Source: Podarcis erhardii (taxonomy: Eukaryota). From it: a stretch of 64,000 nucleotides of DNA. The position numbers and the translations under genes are program-made. The notes beneath the pieces were generated by a model. It was given only the letters and a program-made list of their open reading frames with translations, ran no database searches and had not been told where the DNA came from. Of this stretch, positions 1 to 12,767 are shown in pieces. The stretch lies in assembly GCA_964252035.1 (NCBI GenBank), contig OZ176200.1; one strand, written 5' to 3'. Numbering within the stretch: position 1 is the first letter of the stretch; each line of letters opens with the position of its first letter.

Positions 1-560
1 ATTCCAGTGCATAATCTGTCGCTTCATTCTGTTAGTGTTCTTTAATCAGTCATTGATCTATTTGAGGGTCTGTCCTCTTATCCTATAATGCTTTAAGTTT
101 TCTTCAGCAATGCAAAAGGCCTTTGGTGAAAGACTTTGGTCAGATGATCATAGCTTTGCCTTTGTAACTCTCATTCATTTTCATCTAGACTATATGGACA
201 TTAAGTATTAGATCTCGGACTAGATTCCAAGCTAAAGTCGAGTTTTCCCTTATCCAGAAGAACTTGGTTTACAATATATAATATTCTCCGAATTACTTAT
301 GGTATTACTTAAGGATATTCATCTTTGGAAATCTGGTGCATGCTAAACAAGATTAAATGAATCATTGTTATTTTCCATTGTCAGCTGAGACCATCTTGAT
401 GGAATTACAAAGTGTTATCAGTTCTCTCAAGATTGCTTAGTACCAGCTGCTGTATAGTTCCATTCCTCTTAAACAGCACAGTCCTTTGGCCCAGCGCCTG
501 CCTAATCATTGTTTAATGCTTCGAAAGATAGCATCTTTACATTTGAGGCAATCTTTCCGA
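1..560 (-). mobile_element. Possible highly degenerate L1-like ORF2 fragment
   Basis: Only a compositional and partial peptide resemblance on the minus strand, with stops and frameshifts. Confidence 0.25.
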
Positions 561-1099
561 ACAGTAACAATACTTACAGATTTGCATGTAGTTGAAATAA
601 TTGGAAAAATAAAAAAGCAGGGGGAAATGATGCGCAAACAACACTGCATTTTATGAAGCTGAAAATATACCATATACATAATCGAATTACAGCGTGAATG
701 TGAGGACGCTTAAAGATGTTTATACAGTAAGGCCCATGGTTTGTCAGGTTCACATGGTAGGGAGTGATTATTTTATTTATGTCTCAGTAATCAGTTTCTG
801 TGGAAAGATGTGTACAGTGTATATTGAAAATGGAAGTAAATATGGTCTTCAAATTTTAAAAGCAAAACGACTCAGTACTTTGCCTTCAAAGCATAGTATC
901 TGAAAGTGTTGAGTGAACGGGGGGGGGGCATCATGTCAAACGTCCTACTACAAGGCATGCCTGTGTACATATCATGCTGAACAACCCACTTGATCCAGGG
1001 CAAAAGCTATTCATTAAAAGCAGAAAAATGGGAGTAATGTGGCTCTTGTTGGTAGGCTATCAGCTTGATTATCTACCACACCTGCATTGCCTTGCGGCA

Positions 1100-1220
1100 C
1101 TGGTCCCAGCTGTTTTTATAAGAAATTGTTTTAATAATTGTGGTTTAATGCTGTAAGCCACCCTGGGACCTTGGGATGAAGGGCAGGTAATTAATAAACA
1201 TAATAAACATAATAATAATA
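1100..1220 (+). mobile_element. L2-type 3' tail (similar antisense tails at ~14904-14975, 15050-15125, 17570-17755, 63395-63500)
   Basis: TGTAAGCCACCCTGGG...GGGCAGGT followed by an AT-rich (AAT)n tail, the typical squamate L2 terminus. Confidence 0.6.
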
Positions 1221-1296
1221 CCTCGGGGCAGTTGAGTTAAAAAATGCTTTATTACTGTGAACTTCATTTCATTGCTGTAAAGCAAGTCGGGGGGGG

Positions 1297-1299
<3 letters not shown>

Positions 1300-1346
<47 letters not shown>
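1300..1346. repeat. (GA)n microsatellite after a G-run
   Basis: Direct inspection. Confidence 0.95.
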
Positions 1347-1348
<2 letters not shown>

Positions 1349-3042
1349 TGTCTTGAGTTAGTTACAATAAATTGGATGCACGGCCTAATCAGTGGAAAGC
1401 TTTCTATCTAATGGAAAATACTCTAGGATAATATTCCCATTTCATCAGTAAGTATCAAACTGAGTTTAATCACCAGCAGATTGCTGTACAATACCTCAAT
1501 CACATTTAAAATGCTGTTGAGAAACAGGTAGAGGAATTATTCACTGAGATTTCAGCAAGGATTTACATTCAGTATAGTAGTTCACAGGACCGTAAAACAT
1601 TTGTAATGCAAACACATGGCTTTCATCCGAACTGGGTTTTCTCCTAACCAGGGGTTGTAGTTTAATACTAACTATGATCGGTTTCAGTACAAGCCAGCTT
1701 GTTAGAACTGTCTTCTGGCTGCTGACTTCGTTCTGATAACTCCCTATGGGGCCAAGTTCATTGCTGCTGTTTTCAATAACCTGCATTCTAAAAGAAACTC
1801 ATGGGAGTGCTTGAAACTGGCTTTGGGAGTAGCCAACGGCTACAGTGCTTGAAGTTGATTGGCTGTGAATGTAAGCCACAAACACTACTCTATTCAAATA
1901 ACTTTCCTGATTGGCTAGGTGTTGCATAAATAGAGGCTACATTTGATGTCCATAGCCAATCAACTTCAAGTAATGTGGCTTTCCTTGCCCACGCTGAAGG
2001 ATGTTCTTCAATGGGAATTGCTTCAAGAAACTCTGGAGAGTTATGGGGATCAAGCCAGGTCACACTGATGCAGAATTTAAGCAGGAAGGAAGACATACAG
2101 GGCAGTAAGTGAATTCAGGCTCTGTGCTGCTTTTCTATGATGCCCCAAAGAGACCCTTACATGGTATGAAACCCCAAAGATCAAATTCAGCAAAGTACTT
2201 AAATATGTGTGTAGCATTATGTACATTAGCAGCCCCTAGGTAGGTAAATGCTTGGCATAAGCATTTACTGTGGCATAAACATAATTGTAATGTGAATGGT
2301 TTAGCCATTGTCTGCATCAGTGGCAATTTGTTTAAGGTTATAAACTAAAGCTGTTAGAATTTCTGAAGTGAGACTTTCATCCAAAGAGAAAGAGATAGGA
2401 AAGGGGTGAAATTTGTAATTCCCTTTAGAAAAAGGTTTCAGAATCCGGAAAGCAGTACGTTATGGTACGTGACTTAACATTTTACTACACTGGGTTGGTA
2501 TTAAGGTGCATTAAACACTAAATTACATAAACCTAAAATCAGGGCATAATACTACTATGAGGCCTGAGGGACATAAAGAGAGATGCATATAACCATTGAA
2601 GTTGTGTGATTAAACATTCCTTATAGACTCAAGTGGCCTCCGGGGAAGTATATTTAAAGAACAGTGTAAGTTTCTAAAGAAGGCTGCCTTTAGCTTTAAT
2701 GCCAAACATGCTACTTTTTCGAGGGGATGACTATGAAATAACTTTAAGTTGCTCTTTCTTAGTTGTGCCAAAAGCCACGGCTTACTAGTCACACAAGAAG
2801 TAATTCTATATTAGTTAATTATACAACAAAGTACAAATAACATTTTCAGTGTTGTTTGGATTTTCTGTGGGAGGGAACTGTTCCCCCCCCCCTTTTATGC
2901 CTATGAGGTATCATGTGAACTAGTCCCTGTTCACAGCCAAAAAGCTCCTGTTCAGAAAACACTCCTAATACAATGCTAGGACTCAGCTAGATTGGTAAAG
3001 AAAAAGCTGTTTATAGGCATTGTATGTGTGATATAACATTGT

Positions 3043-3058
3043 GCCACCAGATGGCGCA
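3043..3058 (+). promoter_or_regulatory. Candidate CTCF binding site
   Basis: GCCACCAGATGGCGCA closely matches the CTCF core CCACCAGRKGGCRC, and its CpG is retained in a CpG-poor intron. Confidence 0.6.
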
Positions 3059-4059
3059 GTGGAGTTCCATTTTTCTCTACCTGTTTTTCTTGTTTAAATT
3101 TACAACGCATTTAACTGAAACGCTTCTTTGATGTGTCTAGATCAGTCCTAGTCTCTTTAAATTTGATTTATATCTGGTTTATACTCATAGAAATGTTCAG
3201 GGCTCAGTTACTAGACACATTTTATTATTATTTTTTCAAATACTTCAATATTCTCTGAATGCACAGCTTTTATATGCCTTCTGAAGAAAATCATACTGTG
3301 AACTTTGATTTCTTAGTGAAACCTGAACTATGGTTAAAATACCGGTATATAAATTCCAAGAACAATTTTTAGAGGCTCACTGATGCCAGTTGGATTCTAA
3401 TAATGTGGGATGGTCACTGAATCATTCCCAACCTTTTGTTGTTTTGAAAAGCATTTGGCTCACATCCAACAAGTGTATACACTGAAATGTGAAATTCATT
3501 GTGTACTTGTGTTATAACAGTGATTACACACTGAGTGGTAATTGGCGTTGATTAGTTAGTCAGATCCATGTCTGCTGCCATCTTTATTTAATCAAACAAA
3601 GAGAATAATAAAAGCAGCATGCAAAAATGAAAAAGAAAACTTCTCCCTATTGTAAAAAACCAACCCTCAGGATATTACATCTGAACTAACTGTGGTACCC
3701 GTAAAGAAAAAGGAGAAGGGATAATGACATACAAATTTTGCTGCAATTTGATTGCATTCAGGTTAAATAGCATGAAGTGCATCATAGAGCTTATGAAAGG
3801 ATACCTTTACTAGGCTAGCTGGAAGTAAACAGAAATCAAACAATGAGGCAGTTGGAGAAGTTGTCTAGGGCTGTTGCAGAATCTCCTTGCATGGAGGTTT
3901 TTAAAATGGGGGGAGATGAGTTGAACACTCTCGCCAGTCCAAATAGATATTGCAGAAGATTTTACGAGGCGAATCAAGAAGGCCTTTATTTATACTGTAT
4001 GCTAGTATACTTCTGCTCTCCCTTTGTATGGGTCTTCATCTTCAAGCTGAACTTCAACC

Positions 4060-4162
4060 AAACAGCCCTTCCAATAGAGGACACCTTCTGACTAGAGGAC
4101 TGTCCTCTGACAGCCCTTCAAATGGAGGACTGATCTCTGAAGAATAGGACACATGGCCACCC
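4060..4162. mobile_element. Possible hAT remnant (GGGTGGCCAT-type terminus, internal ACAGCCCTT...GAGGAC repeat)
   Basis: One terminus (GGACACATGGCCACCC) and a duplicated ~21-bp subterminal unit are visible. The second terminus was not found. Confidence 0.35.
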
Positions 4163-5706
4163 ATTCTTACACCACCATAAAGATTTAGTGTAGCCCAGAT
4201 TACCCCATACACGAAAACATAAACACCAGTTATTCTAAGCCCCTCAAGACTGTTGCTGGTTTTTTATTGGTGATGACATTGCTCAAAGTTGTGCACCTGC
4301 AACTGTGGGTAACAGTGGATGAGTGAGTGGTGCAGCTACGTTAACTGGAGTATAAAGAGGAGGGGGGCTATTTGAAGGAAGAAAGTTTAAAGGCCTTAGA
4401 AGTTGGGAACCCAAACTACAAAGCAAGCGACTCCAGCTCTGGCACAGCAGGCAACTTGAGGGCCTGAGAGAGACAGCCTAGAGCAAGAGCAGAATGGAAA
4501 GCTGAAAGATAAAAAGGCCCACATGGCTACTGCATGTAAAACACTATGAAGCAAAACTTCAATGGATTAGCTTCACATGCCTAGTTTCCAGGAGGCCGGG
4601 TCAGTATCAGATGAGAAAGTCACTCAAGAAAAAAGAGGCCAAGCTAAATTTCTGAGTGAAGTCAGGTTTCTCCCCTTGTGTTTGAAGGTATACAAAAAGG
4701 TTGGAAAGGGAGGGAAAAGAAGGGAGACTGCCTTGGCTGGAAGGTCACGTACCTTTTCTTTGTCAAACTGCAACTCCATGGCTATGTTCTAGTCACTGGT
4801 GCTTTTGAAAAAGATTGGCAGTGGGTGAGCAACTGGAGAATGCACAGTAAGGACAGGGCTATAGACTCTTGCCAGTCTTTCATATTTCTTAAAAAAAAAA
4901 ATAGAGTTGACATCCCATGAGGCAAAACATTCTCAATCAAGGGAACGGGATGGAGGCCTCTGAGGTAAAGACTTGGGCCTTAGCTCAGTGATTTCTGGTC
5001 GATTGAAAGATCATTTTTTCCTGATCAGGTGTTGGAGTGGGCAGAGGTGAGACCAAAAGCTCTGGTGTAACCGAAGGTGTATAGCTAAATAAAAAAACTG
5101 AGAAAAATACTGCACTTGACCCCTTTCCCCTACCACTGTACAACTGGCTTGAAAGCAAAAAAAGTCTAGCCAGGCTGATTGGGAGGAGGGGGTTATAGAG
5201 ATGTTTTAAACCATGTTTTTAAAGCATCATAGATAGAATTTTCTTTGGAATAGAGAATTCATAAAAATGTTTCCTTCCAGCAACAAAACATAAGGCTACA
5301 TTTTGGTGATATTTTTTCTTCTCTGACCCTTTCCTTCAGCTCTTGTAAAATATCATTTATCCTTTTTAGTCTTTATTAATGTAGCCTTGCATAGGGACTA
5401 CACAATAGTGTTGTGTCTAAGGGAGTGGTTAATTACTGCTCTTCAGTTCCTTGTAAACTGTCGCCATCTAGTTATGTGATCAAGAGCCTGCCATAGATTT
5501 GTATGTCCCCTTCCTATTCCGCTTCCCATTTCATGCACAAATTTCTCTTCCCATTTCAGCATTAAGGAGGATATAACTTTACATTTACACCAAACATTGC
5601 TAACTTTTGTTAGCTTTAGGGCAGAGCCTCTTGAGAAGCCCACTCCTCTACTATGGAAATGGTTCAGGTGAGTGTCTCTGCAAATTATAGGCACAAATAT
5701 AGTAAT

Positions 5707-5756
<50 letters not shown>
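5707..5756. repeat. Compound (CA)n(GA)n microsatellite
   Basis: Direct inspection. Confidence 0.95.
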
Positions 5757-5758
<2 letters not shown>

Positions 5759-5850
5759 CTGTACTTCGGGTTACAGACGCTTCGGGTTACAAACTCTGCT
5801 AAACAGGAAGTGGTTGCTCCAGGTTAAGTTCTTAACCCGAGGTACCACTG
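5754..5850. mobile_element. Short, internally deleted relative of MITE family A
   Basis: Right TIR TTAACCCGAGGTACCACTG|TA is intact. The left TIR is eroded where it meets a (GA)n tract. Confidence 0.7.
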
Positions 5851-7070
5851 TATTCAGAGTGAAGGGAAGTAATGTTGCCCTCATTCTGATTTGGCTTCCC
5901 TGCTTTGGATCTAATTAGCTGTCCACTGTCATCAGGAAAGCCATCCAGAGGGAGCGTAGTGCTTCCTGATTTGACTTTGTGGCATCTTCATGAATCTGAT
6001 TAAATACCATTAATAATCAAATTGATTAAATATCACCACTAACCTGACTACATATCATCATTGCTCCTGTGGACCCTAATTAGTATGGATTGCCTTAGAA
6101 GAAGCCTTGCTGCATATTAGGGAAAGAAACAACTGAGGACATGTGATAAAGAGTAGGTGAGAGTTCGTATGTAAAACCTTTCACTCCAAACCCCAAAATG
6201 CATCTCTAGTTTGCATTCATAAAACTTGATTATAGAGAAGTCCAATTTGAAGCTTAAGCATTAACATTGGCACACACATTGTTAGTTTGGGGCAGGGAGT
6301 TTGAAAACGTTAGTTCCAAAAGAAGAAGAGAGGGGACAATTCCTGCATGGGAAAAGAAGAATAGGGCTGGGAAGGTCCACAGGACACTTATTTTAAACTT
6401 CTCTTTCAACTCATTATCTGTCTATTTATTGGCATTGCTCCATGTCTGGGCAAAAATACCCGTAGAAAAGGTTGTGCTAAAAATGCCAATTAAAACTAAA
6501 ACTGGTGATGTTCCCTTTGTGCCCTGTGGATTACAGAAAGAGTACTTGTAGGTCACAAGTGCCACACAGGCTAGGGTAGCGAACACCATTGTCTTAAATA
6601 ATTCATTGAAACGAAGAGAACATAATTAGCTTCACGGTGAGATGTTAATTGCTCACCTGTCATTCCCTCACATCATTTCTTTGGGATTCTCCTTCAAAGA
6701 CTGTGAACAACTCAATTTAGCCAGGGCATTCAGTGGATTGATGAGTGAGGACTATTGTAATTAAGCTTCTATTACATTGCCCCTAATCAAATTAAGAGAT
6801 GTCTATGACTTCCAACCAGATGGATTTTCAAGCCTCACCCCACCCCATTCTTGGCAGTTTTTAGGAATATGGTTATGTTCTGTTTGCTGTGTGGCCAGAA
6901 ATTAATCAACTGGAACTCCATATGCCATTGGTGATCAGCTGCGATGTGATGCTACCCAACAGGAGCTACAGGGAAGTTGGCTGGGGTGAGATCATTGCTA
7001 TTTCATAAACTACACTTTTGGAACTCATGGAGGGCGTCTTGGAGCAGGGAAGCAGCAAAGAGCCCAAGTA

Positions 7071-7312
7071 CAGTGGTACCTTGGGTTACATACGCTTCAG
7101 GTTACATACGCTTCAGGTTACAGACTCCACTAACCCAGAAATAGTGCTGCAGGTTAAGAACTTTGCTTCAGGATGAGAACAGAAATCGTGCTCCGGCGGC
7201 ACGGCAGCAGCAGGAGGCCCCATTAGCTAAAGTGGTGCTTCAGGTTAAGAACAGTTGCAGGTTAAATATGGACCTCCAGAACGAATTAAGTACTTAACCC
7301 GAAGTACCACTG
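7071..7312. mobile_element. Tc1/mariner-pogo (Tigger-like) MITE, family A
   Basis: TA|CAGTGGTACCTTGGGTTA...TTAACCCGAAGTACCACTG|TA gives TIRs and a TA TSD. Homologous to 19101-19318. Confidence 0.85.
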
Positions 7313-7542
7313 TACTAATTGTCCCCTCCTCCTGCCCTGTCCCCATTCCAAATTCCTTTTTCCCCAAGCTTCTCCCCTCCCCCCAAAACACACACACACA
7401 CACACACTGAGAGAGAGAGGGAGAAGAGAAATTTCATTTGGAGTCAGTTGGCAACCTTATGTCTTGTTGTTGCTCTGATTATTAATTTTTGTGTTCTTGA
7501 ACAGTTCAGAAAATTCCAGACAACAAAGGGAATTGATACATA

Positions 7543-7804
7543 CAGTGGGTGCTCGGGTTGCGAACGTGATCTGTGCGGGAGGCACGTTCGCTACCCGCAG
7601 CATTCGCAACCCGCGACCCGTGCGTCTGCGCATGCACGGGTCATGATTCGGTGCTTCTGCACATGCACATAGCACGATTTAGCATTTCTGGGCATGCGTA
7701 AGCGCCGGAACCCGGAAGCAACCCATTCCAGTACATCCGGGTTTGGCGCAGTGTGCAACCCGAAATCGCGCAACTCGAAGCATCTGTAACCCAATGTATG
7801 ACTG
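7543..7804. mobile_element. Tc1/mariner-pogo MITE, family B (CpG-rich)
   Basis: TA|CAGTGGGTGCTCGGGTTG...GTAACCCAATGTATGACTG|TA. Homologous to the reverse complement of 49764-50023. Confidence 0.8.
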
Positions 7805-7808
7805 TATT

Positions 7809-7931
7809 AAGAGTGTTGGCCTAGGACCTGGGAGACGATGGTTCCAATCCCCATTTAGCCATGAAGTCCACTGGCTAACTCTGGGCCAGTCAGTATCTCT
7901 CAGCCTATCTTACCTCACTGGGTTGTTGTTT
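7809..7931 (+). mobile_element. tRNA-derived squamate SINE (short type), 5'-truncated
   Basis: GAGTGTTGG..TAGGACCTGGGAGA..GGTTCCAATCCCC (B-box-like)..AGCCATGAAG..GGGCCAGTCA..CTCAGCCT. Homologous to 39303-39455 and 46410-46600. Confidence 0.7.
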
Positions 7932-10900
7932 CTTAGATCACTCTGTGTCACCAGTATCCCTACTGGTTTAACATCCTCTGTTTCCCAGAAGTGATCTATA
8001 TATTAATTCAAGTTTGTTCTCACGTTTCCTGCGTCACAGTTACATAGCTGTAGAACATTTACAGCAAACAGCTATTTGTGAGTGGAGTGCTATTGTCATA
8101 TTGATAGAAACTGGGGGGGGGGTGGAGGGTGGACAGACAACAAACCTGATATATTCTAGTTTCTCAACTACAAATTCAGATATCTATCTTAAATGAAGGT
8201 CCACTGAAAAATGTAGCATCCTCCCAGGAGCCTTGCTAAATAATCACAGCAGCAGTCTGCAGGGGGCTGAAAGCTTCAACGACCTGTCAAACTAGATAGC
8301 TGGCTCTCAGTAGCAGACATCCATCAGCACCATTAAAAACTCTGGTGCTTTATACAAAACATGGAAATGGTTCAATTTTGCTGACTGCCATATCCATTTG
8401 TGGGCAATCAGAAAGAAAGAAATTAGTTACAGATGAGAACATTTTATATAGAACACAATAAGGAAAGGAAAGAAGGCACCGTTGAAAAATACCTATAGAA
8501 GAAAGGAACAAATGTTGAAGCTCTCAAGTCAAAACCATGCCAGATGCAACGTGGGGTGGGGGAGCAGAGTTTTTGTTACAACTTTTGTAATAAATACAAA
8601 GTAAGAAGGATGTAAATTAATCAGGCCAGTTATAGATATCTGAGGAAAAGGTGGACTAAGAAGAGTACATCTTTGTGTAATTGTGAGAAGGGGATACAGA
8701 GGGCAACTTCACACATTATCAGGAAGCGTCGACAGAAAATGTATGAGTTATTCATAATCCTGTTTCTGTACTTCAGTGTTATGTAACGTGCAGAGGAATG
8801 GCTCACAAATTTCTACCATGTTTCCTAATAATGTGCCAAGCCATCTCTGAACCTTTATTCTAGTCTATTCCATCTACCCTTTATCTCACAGCTGGTTTGC
8901 ATCTGGAGCTTTAGGGTCCCCTCCTGCCCGTCAGCTATTCATGAGAATGGAACTGAGAGGAGAAAGTGCTGCTGATGTTGTGGAAAGTGTGCAATTTCAG
9001 TTCCTTACTCAGAAAGAAGGTCAAAGCACATGGGGAAATGCCTCAGCAGAGAGGGAGACCTGTGTTCTTTGCAAAAATATCTATTGCATGTATACAGTTT
9101 TCAGATAGAACAGGATCATGCCACATGACTTCAGTTTTGTGTTAACTTACCTGGGAGTAGGCATTACTGAACTCAGTGAGCCTTTTTGGATTGTATTAAA
9201 GAATACAGGGATGTTGCAACACACACAAATTCTCACACTGAGAATTTAATTTTTGGCACATTTGCGAAAAGAAAAGAAAAGAGTTACAATGTTTAACCCA
9301 GAAGTTCATCTGCAAACCCTGATGCACATGTTGTTTTAATTGATTGTGATAATGATTACTCAGTTGCCAATGGCTGAAGGGATGCAGACCTGTCTGCTTT
9401 CAAAGTAGCAAGCCCCATGGACTCCTTCAGTTTCATTTATTATCACTGAGAACAAGACACATTTTCATTAGCTGTCTGCTGCATTTAAAAGCCTCCTGAA
9501 ACAGAACAAACTCAACTTGATTGATGTTTATTAGCTAGCACATGGTAGGTTAAGCAGTGGCAAGATTGAATGTAAGAACTGTGGGCTCAGGTGAAGCAGG
9601 ATCAGTCTTTCAGAATCAGATGAAGGTCAGGAGATTGTAAGGTCACTGCAAGCCTGCCTCAACATAGATCTGCCATCAATGGGACAGCCACGTCTCCTAC
9701 CATACAAAGGACGGTCTGGTGTTTGAAGGAGGCATCTATTTGAAAGGCTGTCGGGTCCAAGTCTAGTTTAAAGCTAAAGAGCCATCAGAAGAGGGGACAG
9801 GTCCTTGAAGTTGCCTCTCATCATTTAGCAGCTGAACAGCGGACTGAGCAGGCATACAGATCACCTTGCTTTCCCCACTGTAGAGAGATGTATTGTATTT
9901 CAATTATGTACTATTTATTTCATAAAATGTATACACCGTTTGATTGTTAGAAACCCTCACATTTATTTAAAACATTTAAAAGATAAAAGCAACAATAAAC
10001 TAAAAACACGCACCAACATTATTCATGTTTGGGTAGGAAGTAGGTTGCCAAACTCTGCTTTCCATATTAACAAGATTTATTGAGATTAGGGGAGGATATT
10101 GAAGGGTTTGTTTAAAGTCCATTAACCAAGAAGCACTTCTTAAACCTGGCACAACTTTATTACTACGGCTAATTAATTACTTTTTGCGAGTTCTGCTAGT
10201 GAGCTATTCCCAAGGTTTTTCAAATTATTTTGACAAAATTTATTTTTCCTTTGTGTGGCAGAAAGTACTACTAATTTTTGATGGATGTCAAGGTAAAGGT
10301 AATCGATTATGATGATCCAGGCTGCAATTATATAAAATGGCTTTTGAGGCAGTGAAGAAAATTAGTGATATATGTGCACATTGGAAAGTTAATTCCTTAA
10401 AGTTATAAAGTACTCTCATGAATTTGAGTGATCTACAGGAATATTGCTGAGAATTCTAAGAGAGTTTACATTCAAGAAAGGCATCTTATGTTCATTCATG
10501 ATAAAAACAAGTATGCAGTTGCTGTAAATAAAAAATCTGTTCAACAAAACATTCAAAACCTTCTGATTTTGTCAAATCTTTTGTCCCAATAAAAGGGATA
10601 TAATTGTTATTAGAGGAACTGGCTGGAAAGTTATCTGGTTAGGCACTTCAATCTTTACAAGAGATGGGTTTTATATGGTATTTTACAGTGCTACAAATCC
10701 ACTCCTGTTCTTATAAAACAGCTTTATTATTATTATTGTTATTGTTAATAGATACTTGTGTTTTTATCAAATTTTGTTGCTAGCTGCTTTGCACTTTTAG
10801 AAAAGGTGGAATCTAAATGTTATAAATATGAAATGTGTAAAAGCTCCTTGACAAAAGGTTTAGTGCCCCACAGTAAATACAAAGTCTCATTTAAAGAATT

Positions 10901-12703
10901 TAAAGTGTCCCAACTATCTGATGCTGAAGCCCTCCATACTTAAGTGCCGTTAAGTATAAGTGCCGTTGAACTCAGTGGAGGTTCCTTCTGAGAAGATACA
11001 CATGGAGTTGCAGTGTGAAATACACTAATTTTAAGTCTCATTTTTTTGTGTAAGGGTGACATTAATTTCATTTTAAAATGGTCTTTTGAATGCTCATGGA
11101 AACAGGCTCATGGTGAAAGGGGAGCAATTTAATTATGGCTCAGGTTTAAAATAAAATAGATCTTGAAGATTCATAGTGCAATCCTATGTATGCTATGAAG
11201 TAGCAAGCCCCACCATGTTCAAGAAGGGCTTAGTCTTAGGAAGGTGTGTCAGGGATGGCCATCTCAGTGCTCTGCTGGTAAAACCCAAAGACTCTTGTGC
11301 ATGTGCCAAGTGCTTCCACGTGTGTGCTGGAGCTCTCTGAATTGCCCCAACTGGCAGGACTCTCTTTCAGGAAGGGGCAGACAGGCTACAGTATGAAGGA
11401 AGCTTTTTGGTAGTCCTTTTGACACATGCACATTAAAGATGTTTCATTTATATGTATAACGTGATTTTAATTTTGCCATATAAATTATTTCAAAGAGTGC
11501 CGAGAGAGACCAACAGGGGTGAATTGTGGAATCTCTCTCTTGAGATTATGATTGGCAATAGGCCATATTTGTGAATGAAAAGATTAACCCTATATGTAAA
11601 AGATAGGGTTCCAGTGGGGTAGCCACCTTTGTTGCTGGAAAACACACACACACAGTCCTGTGGCATGTTAAAGAATTGATAAATTTATTGTGGCATAAGC
11701 CTTTGTGACTAGAGTCTGTTTCATCAGATGCACAAAATGGAGTTGTTGTTTTTTTAAAAAAGTGGGGACTATTCACAAATTTCAGAAACTCTCTTCATTC
11801 AAAGTTTGAAAAGAATCAGTTCAAGGTTCTACAGCTTGATTCTGCCCAATATCACTTTGTTTTCTGAGATCAACAGGGGGAGGTTTCTTTTACACTGCAG
11901 CACCTTCACACACCACCTTTAATTCAGTTTCCAGAGACTTGCTGGTGGTGTGGGAAGTAGCAGTGTGGCCTGGGGCCTCTCCCATAACCAGTGGTACGGA
12001 AGAGAGTAGCAGGTCAGCAGCTTCCACTCCCAAGGCAATCTGAGAAATGGGCCTTAGACTGGTTCTCAGATTCAGTGGTGAGCATACTCTTGATCAAGAT
12101 GCCGTAGAAAAAGATAGACACTATTGCTTAGAAATAGGAAGCTTTTATCCTGGAATTGTTACATAGTGGTCCTTGGAAATACCGCAGGGAATTATAGCTT
12201 GGCTAAATCTGTTGTGAATGTTGCCCCACCTGTAAGAGGCTCATTGGTACGGCGGTTTGTATGTTTTATATATCTATAGTAAGCTGCCAGGATGAACACA
12301 CCCTTAAAAGAAAATTACCAGCTGGGCTCTCACTCATCATGTAGGTTGTCAGCAGGCACACACTATGCCAAGAGTAACACTAATGAGCAGATTAGCATAT
12401 TTAGTTTAAAAATAAATTGCATCCCAAATGAAACAGAATTTAAGCAGGAGGAAATGTTTCCCAGTGTGCTGTGGGATGCTAATAAGCAATTGTGCTGCTT
12501 TTATCATAATGGGAAAAAACAGAGATGGATTTGGGTTTCTGATTAGTACCAAACATTTTTCAATTCCTGGTTCCTTTCTGCATCTAAGCTCTAGTAATCA
12601 CCTTGCTTTGCACAACATAATGAAATATATTAAAAAGCAAGCCAACTGTATTAAAATATGTTTTCATTTGTAGCCATTATGATAATTATTGCTGTATCCT
12701 CTG

Positions 12704-12767
12704 ATACTTCCCATTAATAAAGCTAAAACTAAACAATACTTCCCATTAATAAAACTGAAACTAAACA
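12704..12767. repeat. 32-bp tandem duplication (2 mismatches)
   Basis: ATACTTCCCATTAATAAAGCTAAAACTAAACA / ATACTTCCCATTAATAAAACTGAAACTAAACA. Confidence 0.9.

Noticed and set aside
4200-4900. Possible solo LTR (TATA-like GAGTATAAAGAGG); similar impression at ~32620-33000
   Set aside because: No TG...CA termini with a TSD and no second copy could be identified.
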